Assembly: GCA_011390345.1 (NCBI GenBank)
Contig: JAABSP010000008.1
Location: 21,277 to 85,276, forward strand
Direction: 5' to 3'
Origin: Desulfobacteraceae bacterium
GTDB taxonomy: Bacteria; Desulfobacterota; Desulfobacteria; Desulfobacterales; JAABSP01
DNA: 64,000 nucleotides
Shown here: one piece after another, positions 34,845 through 43,190 of the stretch
Layout of the letters: each line of letters starts with the position of its first letter
Position numbering within the stretch: position 1 is the first letter of the stretch
The notes under the pieces: generated by a model
Told to the model about the DNA's origin: nothing
Database searches by the model: none
What the model saw: only the letters and a program-made list of their open reading frames with translations
Made by a program: the position numbers and the translations under genes

Positions 34845-34945
34845 GAGGCACATGAGGTTTTTCAGGTCAGTGGTTGTTGCTGCATCCAAAGCTGAAAGAG
34901 AAGCAGGAAGGATAAGTATAGGCGGCAGACAATAAAAAAGATCAC

Positions 34946-35839
34946 TCAGGCTGCAGACCCGCTGATAGTCTTCAGCGGCTCCTTGAAGGTCAACGTCCGA
35001 TATGGGAAGGGGATTTCGATGCCGGCCGCGTCCAGATCCCGCTTGATCGCGGCCACCACTTCGCCCCGGGATCTGCGGATGTCCACGGGCCTCGGATTTG
35101 TCCACCAGGCCACCTCGATGTCGATGCTGCTGGAACCGAAGCCCTGAGGAAAGACCTGGATCTCTTTGGACAAGTCCACACTCTTGCAGGAACGGACCGC
35201 ATTTTCGATCACTTCGACCGACTCATAGACATCCTCGCCATAGGCCACCCCCGCCATGATGGCGGCCCTGCGCTTGGGCCGGCTGGTAAGGACTTCCACG
35301 GGATTTTTGAAGAGATAGGTGTTGGGAACCACCACCAGTTTTCCGCTCATGTGGCGGATCTTGGTCATCCGGACCGTCACATCCTCCACCTGCCCCGTAA
35401 CATCCTCGCAGGTAATGTAGTCCCCGTGCTCAAAGGGGAATTTCCAAAGGATCAGCACCCCCGCAAAGAAATTTTCAAAGATATCCTTGAACGCGAGGCC
35501 GATGGCAATGGAGGCCACTCCCAGCGCGCCCAGCGCTTTTGAAGGAGTCAGCCCCGGGAAGACCACCATGGCCGCGATGAGCAGACCCATAAACCAGATC
35601 ACGATGCTCGTGAAGCGCCGGGCCAGCTCCTTCAGGGATGGCCGGAACCGGGAGCGGTTCATGATCCGGGTCACTATCATAGACCCTGCTGCCGCAGCCC
35701 CCCATGTGGTCAGTACCGCCAGCAGGCCCGCAGCGAGATAGGGCAGATGGGATACGAAGTCTCCCCAGATGTCGAGGACCGTCTTTTGAATGGATTGGGC
35801 GATGCTTGTGAGGGAAAAGGCTTCTATGATAGATTTCAA
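34946..35839 (-). CDS. Small-conductance mechanosensitive channel (MscS family)
   Basis: Three N-terminal TM helices, the pore-lining block GVASIAIGLAFKDIFENFFAG, and a beta-domain containing GDYI...G.VEDV. Confidence 0.9.
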   Translation of the reverse strand: MKSIIEAFSLTSIAQSIQKTVLDIWGDFVSHLPYLAAGLLAVLTTWGAAAAGSMIVTRIMNRSRFRPSLKELARRFTSIVIWFMGLLIAAMVVFPGLTPSKALGALGVASIAIGLAFKDIFENFFAGVLILWKFPFEHGDYITCEDVTGQVEDVTVRMTKIRHMSGKLVVVPNTYLFKNPVEVLTSRPKRRAAIMAGVAYGEDVYESVEVIENAVRSCKSVDLSKEIQVFPQGFGSSSIDIEVAWWTNPRPVDIRRSRGEVVAAIKRDLDAAGIEIPFPYRTLTFKEPLKTISGSAA

Positions 35840-35841
35840 TT

Positions 35842-36330
35842 CTACCCCTGAATCATGTGACCGTAGCGTTTGTTTAGCCAGCCGATAAAGAAATAGCCGA
35901 TCACCAGTATGGCCCCAAAGATCGACAGCAGCTTCCAGTCCATTTCAGCCGCTCCGCTGCCGATGCCTAAAAAGACGACCCCCATGATCCACTGCACCCC
36001 CCAGGCAATGGGAAGAAAATAGCGGAACGGAACCCCGGCAAGAGGGAGTACATAGTTTTTCAAGGTGTAGGGAAGGCCGGGAACCGCTGTGAAGATCAGG
36101 GCAAATGGAAGAATCTTCTCCTCCGGCACTTGGGGAATGGTGTATTTGGTCTTTGCCACCAATGCCTCGATATGCTGCTTGAAGAGATATCGGGCGATGG
36201 CAAAGGAGGCCAGAACATGGAACAGCATGGTCAGCGCACTGACCAGAAGCCCCCAAATGATCCCGAATTTGACCCCTGCCGTGATCAGAAATAGGCTGAT
36301 GGGAAAACCCAACAGAGGCAGAAAGGTCAT
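35842..36330 (-). CDS. DedA/TVP38-TMEM64-like membrane protein; the annotated ORF probably lacks its true N-terminus
   Basis: FLPLLGFPISLFLITAGVKFG is the family core motif and sits at residue 3 of the ORF. The same frame stays open about 80 codons upstream and encodes a basic stretch plus a TM helix, but has no ATG/GTG/TTG. Confidence 0.6.
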   Translation of the reverse strand: MTFLPLLGFPISLFLITAGVKFGIIWGLLVSALTMLFHVLASFAIARYLFKQHIEALVAKTKYTIPQVPEEKILPFALIFTAVPGLPYTLKNYVLPLAGVPFRYFLPIAWGVQWIMGVVFLGIGSGAAEMDWKLLSIFGAILVIGYFFIGWLNKRYGHMIQG

Positions 36331-36599
36331 CAGGGAGATAAACAGCGCAGGGTGCGTATTCTCATCTTTGATAAAATTGATGATGGTCTCTACACCCCCG
36401 ACTGCACCGTACCGGGAGAGCAGATAGATGATCCCGGCGATGACCAGTGTAAGGACGAGGGTTACGAGAAGTATCGATGACGTTCGCCTGCGCGGTTTAT
36501 CGGCCTGTTCTTCTTTTTCCTTCTCCGGTTCCGGAGATCTGGGTGATCGGGCAAAAACGGGGTCCTCCCTTGTTCTTTATATTCAATGAAAAACCGCGC

Positions 36600-36827
36600 C
36601 TAATTCACATACGAGCTGATGTTGGCGGGCAGCTCATAGCAGGGTGCGGCCTCTTTTACCAGAACATGGTCTTCGACAATGGGCTTCTGAATCGCTCTGT
36701 GGGAACACTGGGAGCAATCCCAGAACTGCCAATTTCTTTTTGCAGAGTAATCGAGGCATCCCTCATAATGCGGGCAGTATATGTTTCTCATGCCAGATTT
36801 CCGGACCGGGTTCGTCTTGATCGCCAT
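36600..36827 (-). CDS. Small Cys/His-rich protein (75 aa), unknown function
   Basis: Contains CPHYEGCLDYSAKRNWQFWDCSQCSH, a putative zinc-binding arrangement. It is co-directional with its neighbours. Confidence 0.45.
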   Translation of the reverse strand: MAIKTNPVRKSGMRNIYCPHYEGCLDYSAKRNWQFWDCSQCSHRAIQKPIVEDHVLVKEAAPCYELPANISSYVN

Positions 36828-36904
36828 CTTCTTTCTCCTTGTGTAATGTGCGTTTCGTCTCCGTAAGAATGGGATGCCTCCGCAGCGGCTGGGTCAGTCG
36901 GATT

Positions 36905-37186
36905 CTAGTGTGTCGTCGGATCGAGCTGTGCGGCGTTCACCCCGGTAAACAACATGGTGGGACGACTTCCGTTGAGAATCTGAAGATTCTTGTGAAAAAC
37001 ATTGCGGCCAAACGGGTGGACATCTTTGAGCGCATCGGTATGAATGAAGACCTTTGTGGTGTTCCCGGAGTACCGCTGGAGCACATTGATCAGCTCGTGT
37101 GCGGAGCTGCCGTCGAAATCTCCCGTCAGTTTCAGGTGAAGATTGTCACTGTTCTTGTGGATGTATATTCCGAAGTTGCCTGCCAT
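36905..37186 (-). CDS. Small hypothetical protein (93 aa), possibly STAS-like
   Basis: MAGNFGIYIHKNSDNLHLKLTGDFDGSSAHELINVL... An AGGGAGGA RBS lies upstream. The fold assignment is only a guess. Confidence 0.45.
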   Translation of the reverse strand: MAGNFGIYIHKNSDNLHLKLTGDFDGSSAHELINVLQRYSGNTTKVFIHTDALKDVHPFGRNVFHKNLQILNGSRPTMLFTGVNAAQLDPTTH

Positions 37187-37339
37187 GATCTAAATCCTCC
37201 CTCGTAGGGGTTATTTTAACATTCGCGTTTCATCTATCACTAAACGATTCCGGTGTAGGGGTAAATACAGTCAAACCCCCATTTGCGAGGGAGGACCACA
37301 GTATATGTAATCTTCATTATTCAGCCGCATTTCATCCAT

Positions 37340-37504
37340 TTATATCGACTGATGGCCGTTACATGCCATGCACTTCCAGCCATCGGATCTCTTGGCCGGT
37401 GAGATATTGGGCGCGGCAAAAGATTTGATCCAGCGCAGCACCTCTACCCAGCGGGTTTTTTTCTTACATGTCGGACAATACTTTTCTACGCTCTTGACAG
37501 TCAT
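37340..37504 (-). CDS. Small zinc-ribbon protein (54 aa)
   Basis: The ATG at 37504 is preceded by GAAGGAGGTGA. Sequence: MTVKSVEKYCPTCKKKTRW...WKCMACNGH. It starts 30 nt after the TrxR-like stop. Confidence 0.55.
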   Translation of the reverse strand: MTVKSVEKYCPTCKKKTRWVEVLRWIKSFAAPNISPAKRSDGWKCMACNGHQSI

Positions 37505-37533
37505 TGGATCACCTCCTTCAGGATCGCTTTTAT

Positions 37534-38454
37534 CTATTTTCTGCGTCTCTTCTTTACATAGGCTGCAGCCTCCAGCCCGGCAACACATCCTTCTCCGATG
37601 GCCTTTGCCATCTGCCAAGGAGGACCGCAGATATCACCGGCCGCATAAGCACCGGGAATATTCGTCTGCTGTTTTCGGTCCACCTGGATAAAGCGGATAT
37701 CCTCCATATCCAGTGCCACGCCGATCTTGGTGGCGATCTCCAGCGCGCCTTTGGCCCCGAGTTCCACAAAGACCGCACTGACCTTCACCGTCTCATCATT
37801 GTCCAGAAGGACCGCCTCCACCGCATACTCGCCCTGGATGGCCGAGATCCATCTGCCCGGATGGGTAATGATGCTGCTGCTCTGGATATGATCCACGAGT
37901 CGCTCATCCACATCCAGGCTCCGGTAGATCAGGTGAACTTCGCCCGCGATCATCAGAAGAGTGAGCGCGCCGGCTGCGGCCGCGCTCCCTTCCCCCACCA
38001 CTGCGACCGGCTGATTTTTGTAGAAGTTGCCATCGCAGTCCACACAGTAGCTCACGCCTTTGGCCTGCAGCTCCTTTTCTCCGGGAACCTTGAGCCGGTT
38101 TCTGGAGATTCCCATGGCCAGAATAACGGTCCAGGTGCGGATAATGGTCCTGGATTCCAGAGTAATGACAAACCCCCCGTCTGCATTCTCTTCGATATCC
38201 AGTACATCCTCGTCAAAGAAATCCGCACCGAACCGCTCGGCCTGATCTTTTCCCTGCGCCAGCATCTCCTCGCCGCTGGAGAGGTTGCTGGTGCAGCAGT
38301 AGTTTTCCACATGAGCCTTGTGCAGGGAGCTTCGCTTCAGCCTGCCCAGCACAGCCACGTCCGTTTTGGCTCTTGCGCCGTGGATGGCGGCCTGAAGTCC
38401 TGCGGGCCCCGATCCGATAATCACGATGTCATATTGTTCTTTTGCCGTTGTCAA
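37534..38454 (-). CDS. Thioredoxin-reductase-like FAD-dependent disulfide oxidoreductase (low-MW TrxR fold)
   Basis: Contains YDIVIIGSGPAGLQAA, a CVDCDG redox pair, VVGEGSAAAAGA and GAYAAGDI. The likely start is the TTG at 38454 (AAGGAG 7 nt upstream); the track uses the TTG at 38478. Confidence 0.85.
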   Translation of the reverse strand: MTTAKEQYDIVIIGSGPAGLQAAIHGARAKTDVAVLGRLKRSSLHKAHVENYCCTSNLSSGEEMLAQGKDQAERFGADFFDEDVLDIEENADGGFVITLESRTIIRTWTVILAMGISRNRLKVPGEKELQAKGVSYCVDCDGNFYKNQPVAVVGEGSAAAAGALTLLMIAGEVHLIYRSLDVDERLVDHIQSSSIITHPGRWISAIQGEYAVEAVLLDNDETVKVSAVFVELGAKGALEIATKIGVALDMEDIRFIQVDRKQQTNIPGAYAAGDICGPPWQMAKAIGEGCVAGLEAAAYVKKRRRK

Positions 38455-39098
38455 AATATCACTCCTTGGTTCTTTCAATGTTGGCTCTAACTCTAAACCC
38501 TTTGCATTGGGAAAATAAGTAGGTAAAGTCTGTATTTCAGCGATCCGGATACTCTAATCCTCCCTCGGTTCCTACCCTATTTTTCAAAGAACGCTCTGCA
38601 CTTATCCGCTTAGGCTCCGGCCTGTTATTCCGTTGTCCTGATGCCGGGCGCAAGCTCAGAAACAGTATTACTCTCTTGGTCGCTATTAAATACACCTTGC
38701 GGCCCATTTTTCTAACGGATCGATCGCTTTATTCTGGGGATAGTTTCTGTAAAGGAAGAAAAAAGATAATGGAGAAAAGAAAAGGAGATGCCGGGAGCGG
38801 ATCTTGACAGGCCGGTCAGATTTTTATCCAAAAAGAGTGTGAATACGATCTTTTTTCTCTACAGTGTTGCATTTCCGGCAAAAGGATGGCAGTAATAATA
38901 ATGACCATGTCTATGCCGATACCGGAGCAAAGGGTGCTGGTACGGATCTGAAAAAGGGCTGGATGGGGTTGATTCTCTGGATCGGCGCTATCCTCGGCTT
39001 AATGTTCGTCATCGGCTCGCGCTCTACCCGATGGCAGAAGAAGACAAGTAACTTAATGGGACGGGAGAGATCTCGCCCTTTCAGGTAATGAAAGCGGT

Positions 39099-40013
39099 AT
39101 GAATCAGACATTCGAAAAAATCGTCGATCAGATCGGCCATGTGGTTCTGGGAAAGGATCAGGAGATTCGGCTTGCGCTGGCCTGCCTCTTTGCAAAGGGT
39201 CATCTTCTCATCGAGGACCTGCCGGGCATCGGCAAGACAACACTGGCCAAGGTGCTGTCTGTCTGTCTGGGACTCAATTTTCGGCGCATCCAGTTTACCA
39301 GCGACATGCTGCCGGGGGATATTCTTGGGATCTCCATCTTTGAGCAGAAGACCGGCTCCTTTGTCTTTCATCCGGGGCCCATATTCACCCAGGTACTCCT
39401 GGCCGACGAGATCAACCGGGCCACCCCCAAGACCCAGAGTGCATTGCTCGAGGCGATGGAGGAGGGACAGGTGACTATGGAGGGGAATACCCGCGCTCTG
39501 GAGAAGCCCTTTTTCGTGATTGCGACCCAGAATCCTTTGGAGCAGTCCGGAACCTTTCCCCTGCCCGAATCCCAGTTGGACCGTTTTCTCATGCGCATCG
39601 AAATAGGCTATCCGGGACGGGAGGCTGAAAACCGGCTCTTAAGGGAGGAGGGAACCCAGCAGCTTGTTGGAGACATGAAGCCCTGCATCCTCCGGGAGCA
39701 GGTAGTGGATATCCAGAAGAAGATCGGAGAGGTTCATGTCTCGGATGCTTTTCTGGAGTACCTCCAGGATCTTCTTGTCTTTACCCGCACATCTCCCCAT
39801 TTCCATGTGGGCCTCTCTCCCAGAGCCGGCATTGCGATGCTGCGCGCAGTCCGCTCCTGGGCCTACATCCACGGCAGAGACTATGCCATTCCCGAAGATC
39901 TCCAGACGGTGCTTCCCTGGGTGGTGGGGCACAGGCTCCGGTCTGCGGAGGATCGAACCGAGATTCCGAGGGATCGACTGCTTTCGCTTTTTTTGGAAGT
40001 GCCGATCCCCTGA
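39099..40013 (+). CDS. MoxR-family AAA+ ATPase
   Basis: Contains VVLGKDQEIRLALACLFAKGHLLIEDLPGIGKTTLAK, LADEINRATPKTQSALLEAMEE and FFVIATQNP. Confidence 0.92.
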   Translation: MNQTFEKIVDQIGHVVLGKDQEIRLALACLFAKGHLLIEDLPGIGKTTLAKVLSVCLGLNFRRIQFTSDMLPGDILGISIFEQKTGSFVFHPGPIFTQVLLADEINRATPKTQSALLEAMEEGQVTMEGNTRALEKPFFVIATQNPLEQSGTFPLPESQLDRFLMRIEIGYPGREAENRLLREEGTQQLVGDMKPCILREQVVDIQKKIGEVHVSDAFLEYLQDLLVFTRTSPHFHVGLSPRAGIAMLRAVRSWAYIHGRDYAIPEDLQTVLPWVVGHRLRSAEDRTEIPRDRLLSLFLEVPIP

Positions 40014-40164
40014 TAATGGTCTGCGCTGAAGGCTATTTGGAATTTACGATAACCTTTTGAACTCGCCGCTGTAATTCCATATGATTTGGAACCGGTATTG
40101 TAATCGTTGTATCTGCAAGCCGCTTTTGCATCACGATATGACTTCCCCGCCGGCGCACTTCGAC

Positions 40165-40198
40165 AACGGGATCAGGAATGAATCTTTCTGATCCCGTT
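40165..40198. terminator. Hairpin between the convergent MoxR and acyl-CoA ligase genes (possible bidirectional terminator)
   Basis: 11-bp stem AACGGGATCAG / CTGATCCCGTT with a 12-nt loop. The flanking T tracts are short. Confidence 0.45.
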
Positions 40199-40209
40199 TC
40201 ACCGGAGTC

Positions 40210-41856
40210 TTACAAAAACTCCTTCCGCAGCACCTTCTTGTTGATTTTTCCAACACTCGTCTTCGCGATGGTATCCACAATGGCAACCCGCTCCGGCACG
40301 CCATATTTGGGAATGATTCCGTCCTCGTAATATTTCAGGCAGAAATTCTTGATATCGGCCTCCGAAACCTTTCCCTTGTATTCTTCTCTGATAACAACCA
40401 GCGCCAAAGGCCGCTCTCCCCACTTCTCGTCCGGTACGCCGATGACCGCGACCTCGCTCACGGCCTCATGCTGGCTGACGATGTCCTCCACCTGCAGCGA
40501 TGACACCCACTCCCCGCCGGTCTTGATCACATCCTTGAGCCGGTCCGTGATCTGCAGATATCCGTCCGGGTCGATCCAGCCGATGTCGCCGGTGTGGAGG
40601 CGGCCCCCCTGCCAGAGCTGCTCGCTCATCTCCGGCTCCTTGAGATACCCCTGGGTGAGCCACGGGGTTCTGGCCGTCACCTCGCCGGTGCTCTTCGCGT
40701 CGTGGGGGACCGGATTTCCATCCAGATCCACAATCTCCAGATCCACCAGCGGGATGGGAAGGCCCGTGCGGCACCGGATCTCGGCCTGTGCGTCGGCCTC
40801 CCAGTCGAGCATATCCGGCTTTAAATTGGCGATGGTCAGAATAGGGCAGGTCTCAGACATCCCGTAGCCGGTGGTGAGGTTGATCCCCCGCTCCATCGCG
40901 GCCTTGCAGAGTCCCCGGGAGAGGGCCGATCCGCCGATGATCACCTTCCAGCCGTTCAGATCAACTTCCTTTGCCTTGGGGCTGGTCAGTAGCATGTGCA
41001 GGATCGTGGGCACGCAGTGGGAGAATGTGACGCCCTCATTTTGAATGAGGGAGAGGATCGTATCGGGCTCGTACCGGCCCGGATAGACCTGCTTGGTTCC
41101 CATCATGGTGCAGAGATAGGGGACCCCCCAGGCATGGACGTGGAACATGGGGGTTAAGGGCATGTAGATGTCGTCGGAGCCGATGCTGAACATCGATTTG
41201 AAGATCCCCAGCGCGGTGGCAACGCCGAAGGTGTGGAGGACGAGCTGCCGATGGCTGAAATAGACCCCCTTGGGCATGCCGGTGGTTCCGGTGGTGTAGA
41301 AGGTGGTGGCCCGGGCATTCTCGTCAAAGTCGGGGAAATCATAGGCGGTGTCCGATTCTGCCAGCAGATCCTCGTATTCGGCCGCAAATTCCAGTGTCGT
41401 CTTGGGGGACTTCTCCCCGTCCGTCATAAGCACCAGCTTCTTCACGGTGGTGAACTGATCCTTGACCGCCTCCAGCAGGGGCAGAAAATCCGCGTTGACC
41501 AGGATCACATCATCTTCTGCATGGTTGATGGTGTAGATGAGCTGCTCCGGGGAGAGGCGGATGTTGATGGTGTGAAGCACCGCGCCCGTCATCGGAACCG
41601 CGAAGAAGCACTCCAGATACCGGTTGCTGTCCCAGTCCATCACCGCGATCGTGTCCCCCTGTTTCACGCCGATCTTCTCCAGGGCGTTGGCCAGGCGGTG
41701 AATCCGCTCGTTCAAGGTGCGATAGTTATACCGCTTCAGATCCCGATAGACGATCTCCTGCTCCGGGGAGTAGATCAGCGGTGTGGTGAGGAGGTTCTTG
41801 ATCAGCAGCGGGTAGTCATAGGCCGATGGGGTCCGTTGGATAAGGTCAACCGTCAT
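40210..41856 (-). CDS. AMP-dependent acyl-CoA synthetase/ligase (fatty-acid--CoA ligase family)
   Basis: AMP-binding motif YTTGTTGMPKGV, plus the GYGMSE and GDIGWIDPDGYLQITDRLKDVIKTGGEWV blocks. Confidence 0.9.
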   Translation of the reverse strand: MTVDLIQRTPSAYDYPLLIKNLLTTPLIYSPEQEIVYRDLKRYNYRTLNERIHRLANALEKIGVKQGDTIAVMDWDSNRYLECFFAVPMTGAVLHTINIRLSPEQLIYTINHAEDDVILVNADFLPLLEAVKDQFTTVKKLVLMTDGEKSPKTTLEFAAEYEDLLAESDTAYDFPDFDENARATTFYTTGTTGMPKGVYFSHRQLVLHTFGVATALGIFKSMFSIGSDDIYMPLTPMFHVHAWGVPYLCTMMGTKQVYPGRYEPDTILSLIQNEGVTFSHCVPTILHMLLTSPKAKEVDLNGWKVIIGGSALSRGLCKAAMERGINLTTGYGMSETCPILTIANLKPDMLDWEADAQAEIRCRTGLPIPLVDLEIVDLDGNPVPHDAKSTGEVTARTPWLTQGYLKEPEMSEQLWQGGRLHTGDIGWIDPDGYLQITDRLKDVIKTGGEWVSSLQVEDIVSQHEAVSEVAVIGVPDEKWGERPLALVVIREEYKGKVSEADIKNFCLKYYEDGIIPKYGVPERVAIVDTIAKTSVGKINKKVLRKEFL

Positions 41857-41898
41857 TCTCTGTCTCCTTTTGGGTAGGGGGATAAAATAAAAAATGGC

Positions 41899-42396
41899 TC
41901 ACCGGATAAAGGTGTAGAATCCGATGGCCAGGTCATATGCCTTGTCAATGGGGTTGTTCGGGTCTCTGGAGGTGAATTCGGTCCCCAGCTCCTTTCCGGA
42001 GATGCTTTTGACGATCACCTCTTTCTGGATCAGGGTCTTCTGCTTGTTGTCGAGATGGAACTCCAGAAAGAGATGATCCCCCACCCGGAGAAGCTCACCA
42101 TTCTCCACCTCCAGCTTGACGCCGGAACGGGAGAGATCCCGAACCGCCATCTTGTGCTGAACCGTTCCTTTGCCGAGGCGGAAGGTTCCGGGGATGTTGA
42201 CATCCTTTCGAAAGAACTGCCGCCGTTCCAGCAGAAAACTGCTGGTATATCCGCAGGCACAGCGCCGCTTGACCCGGATGGCTCTTTTCAGATCCTTGAA
42301 TTTGGAAACATCCGCGGCCTTGGCCTCTCCGCAGTTGGGGCAGACGAAAGTCGCTTTGTCATTTTTGATAAAGGCTTTTCTTACTGTCATTTGCAA
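41899..42396 (-). CDS. PilZ-domain protein with N-terminal zinc ribbon
   Basis: CPNCGE...RCACGY precedes RRQFFRKD (RxxxR) and VRDLSRSGVKL (DxSxxG), the c-di-GMP-binding PilZ signatures. Confidence 0.8.
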   Translation of the reverse strand: MQMTVRKAFIKNDKATFVCPNCGEAKAADVSKFKDLKRAIRVKRRCACGYTSSFLLERRQFFRKDVNIPGTFRLGKGTVQHKMAVRDLSRSGVKLEVENGELLRVGDHLFLEFHLDNKQKTLIQKEVIVKSISGKELGTEFTSRDPNNPIDKAYDLAIGFYTFIR

Positions 42397-42408
42397 AGCC
42401 TCTGATGG

Positions 42409-42957
42409 TTAGGATTCTTTCAATACCGCCGCGACCTGTGCCGCGAGATCGGCTGCGTCGGACTTTTCCAGTACTGTTTTGATGGAGCGAAAGGACTCTC
42501 GAATCACGGCTGTTTTCGGGCGGGGGGAGCAGAGTTGGGCATCCAGGGTTCGGATGTCGGCCATCAGCTCTGACAGTCGCTCGTAATCGAGGCCCAATTG
42601 ACCCGCGCCGGCCTTCAATTTCGCAGCCAGTTCCTCGATCCCCTCCCGCACATCATTACCCGGAACCGGATCATTTCCCAAGGCAAACCCGCCCCCTTCC
42701 GCAGATTTTCCCCTGCCGGCCGAATCCATCGCGGCAGCGCCCTCCGCGGTGACCCCGATATCGCCGGAAAGTGTCCGGACCTCGGCAAAATTCCATCCCA
42801 TCAGCTCCTGGGCCGCATGGGAGGCCGCGTCCCTGTCCATGCCCACCGCAGCGCCTACGTCATACATGGATGCCTTTCCGGCCGGATCTCCGCCCACGGC
42901 TTCCCAGAGCGCGGTCAGAAATCGCTTTTCATCTTCGTTCAGGTTATCAACGCTCAT
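42409..42957 (-). CDS. Hypothetical protein (182 aa)
   Basis: ORF ending 12 nt upstream of the PilZ gene on the same strand. No recognisable motif. Confidence 0.5.
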   Translation of the reverse strand: MSVDNLNEDEKRFLTALWEAVGGDPAGKASMYDVGAAVGMDRDAASHAAQELMGWNFAEVRTLSGDIGVTAEGAAAMDSAGRGKSAEGGGFALGNDPVPGNDVREGIEELAAKLKAGAGQLGLDYERLSELMADIRTLDAQLCSPRPKTAVIRESFRSIKTVLEKSDAADLAAQVAAVLKES

Positions 42958-43190
42958 TCAATCCCCTTTTTCATTCGGGTTTTGTCTTTTATGATACTTT
43001 TCTATTAGAAAGGCTTACAACAAGCGGTATAAAACTTCAACTCTTTTTGCAATGATCCGGCGGGCCAAACCCGTTGAGCTGCGACAATTCCCTTGACTTC
43101 GGAAGGGGAGACCAGTAGATTTTTCTATGATGTTCGACGATGTTGCAGCATTTTCGTCAAACCCAAAAAAGAGTGAATGGAGATCGATTC

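Noticed and set aside
38479-38760. A sigma-54 (-24 TGGCAC / -12 TTGC) promoter upstream of the TrxR-like gene, and another between 37187 and 37339.
   Set aside because: The nearest candidates (TGGTCCTCCCTCGCA and CTGAGCTTGCG) have wrong GG-GC spacing or lack the GG element.
38864-39088. The 74-codon GTG ORF with one hydrophobic segment upstream of MoxR.
   Set aside because: It has no RBS, an atypical start and poor coding look. It is kept only as a caveat to the ncRNA/leader hypothesis for this gap.
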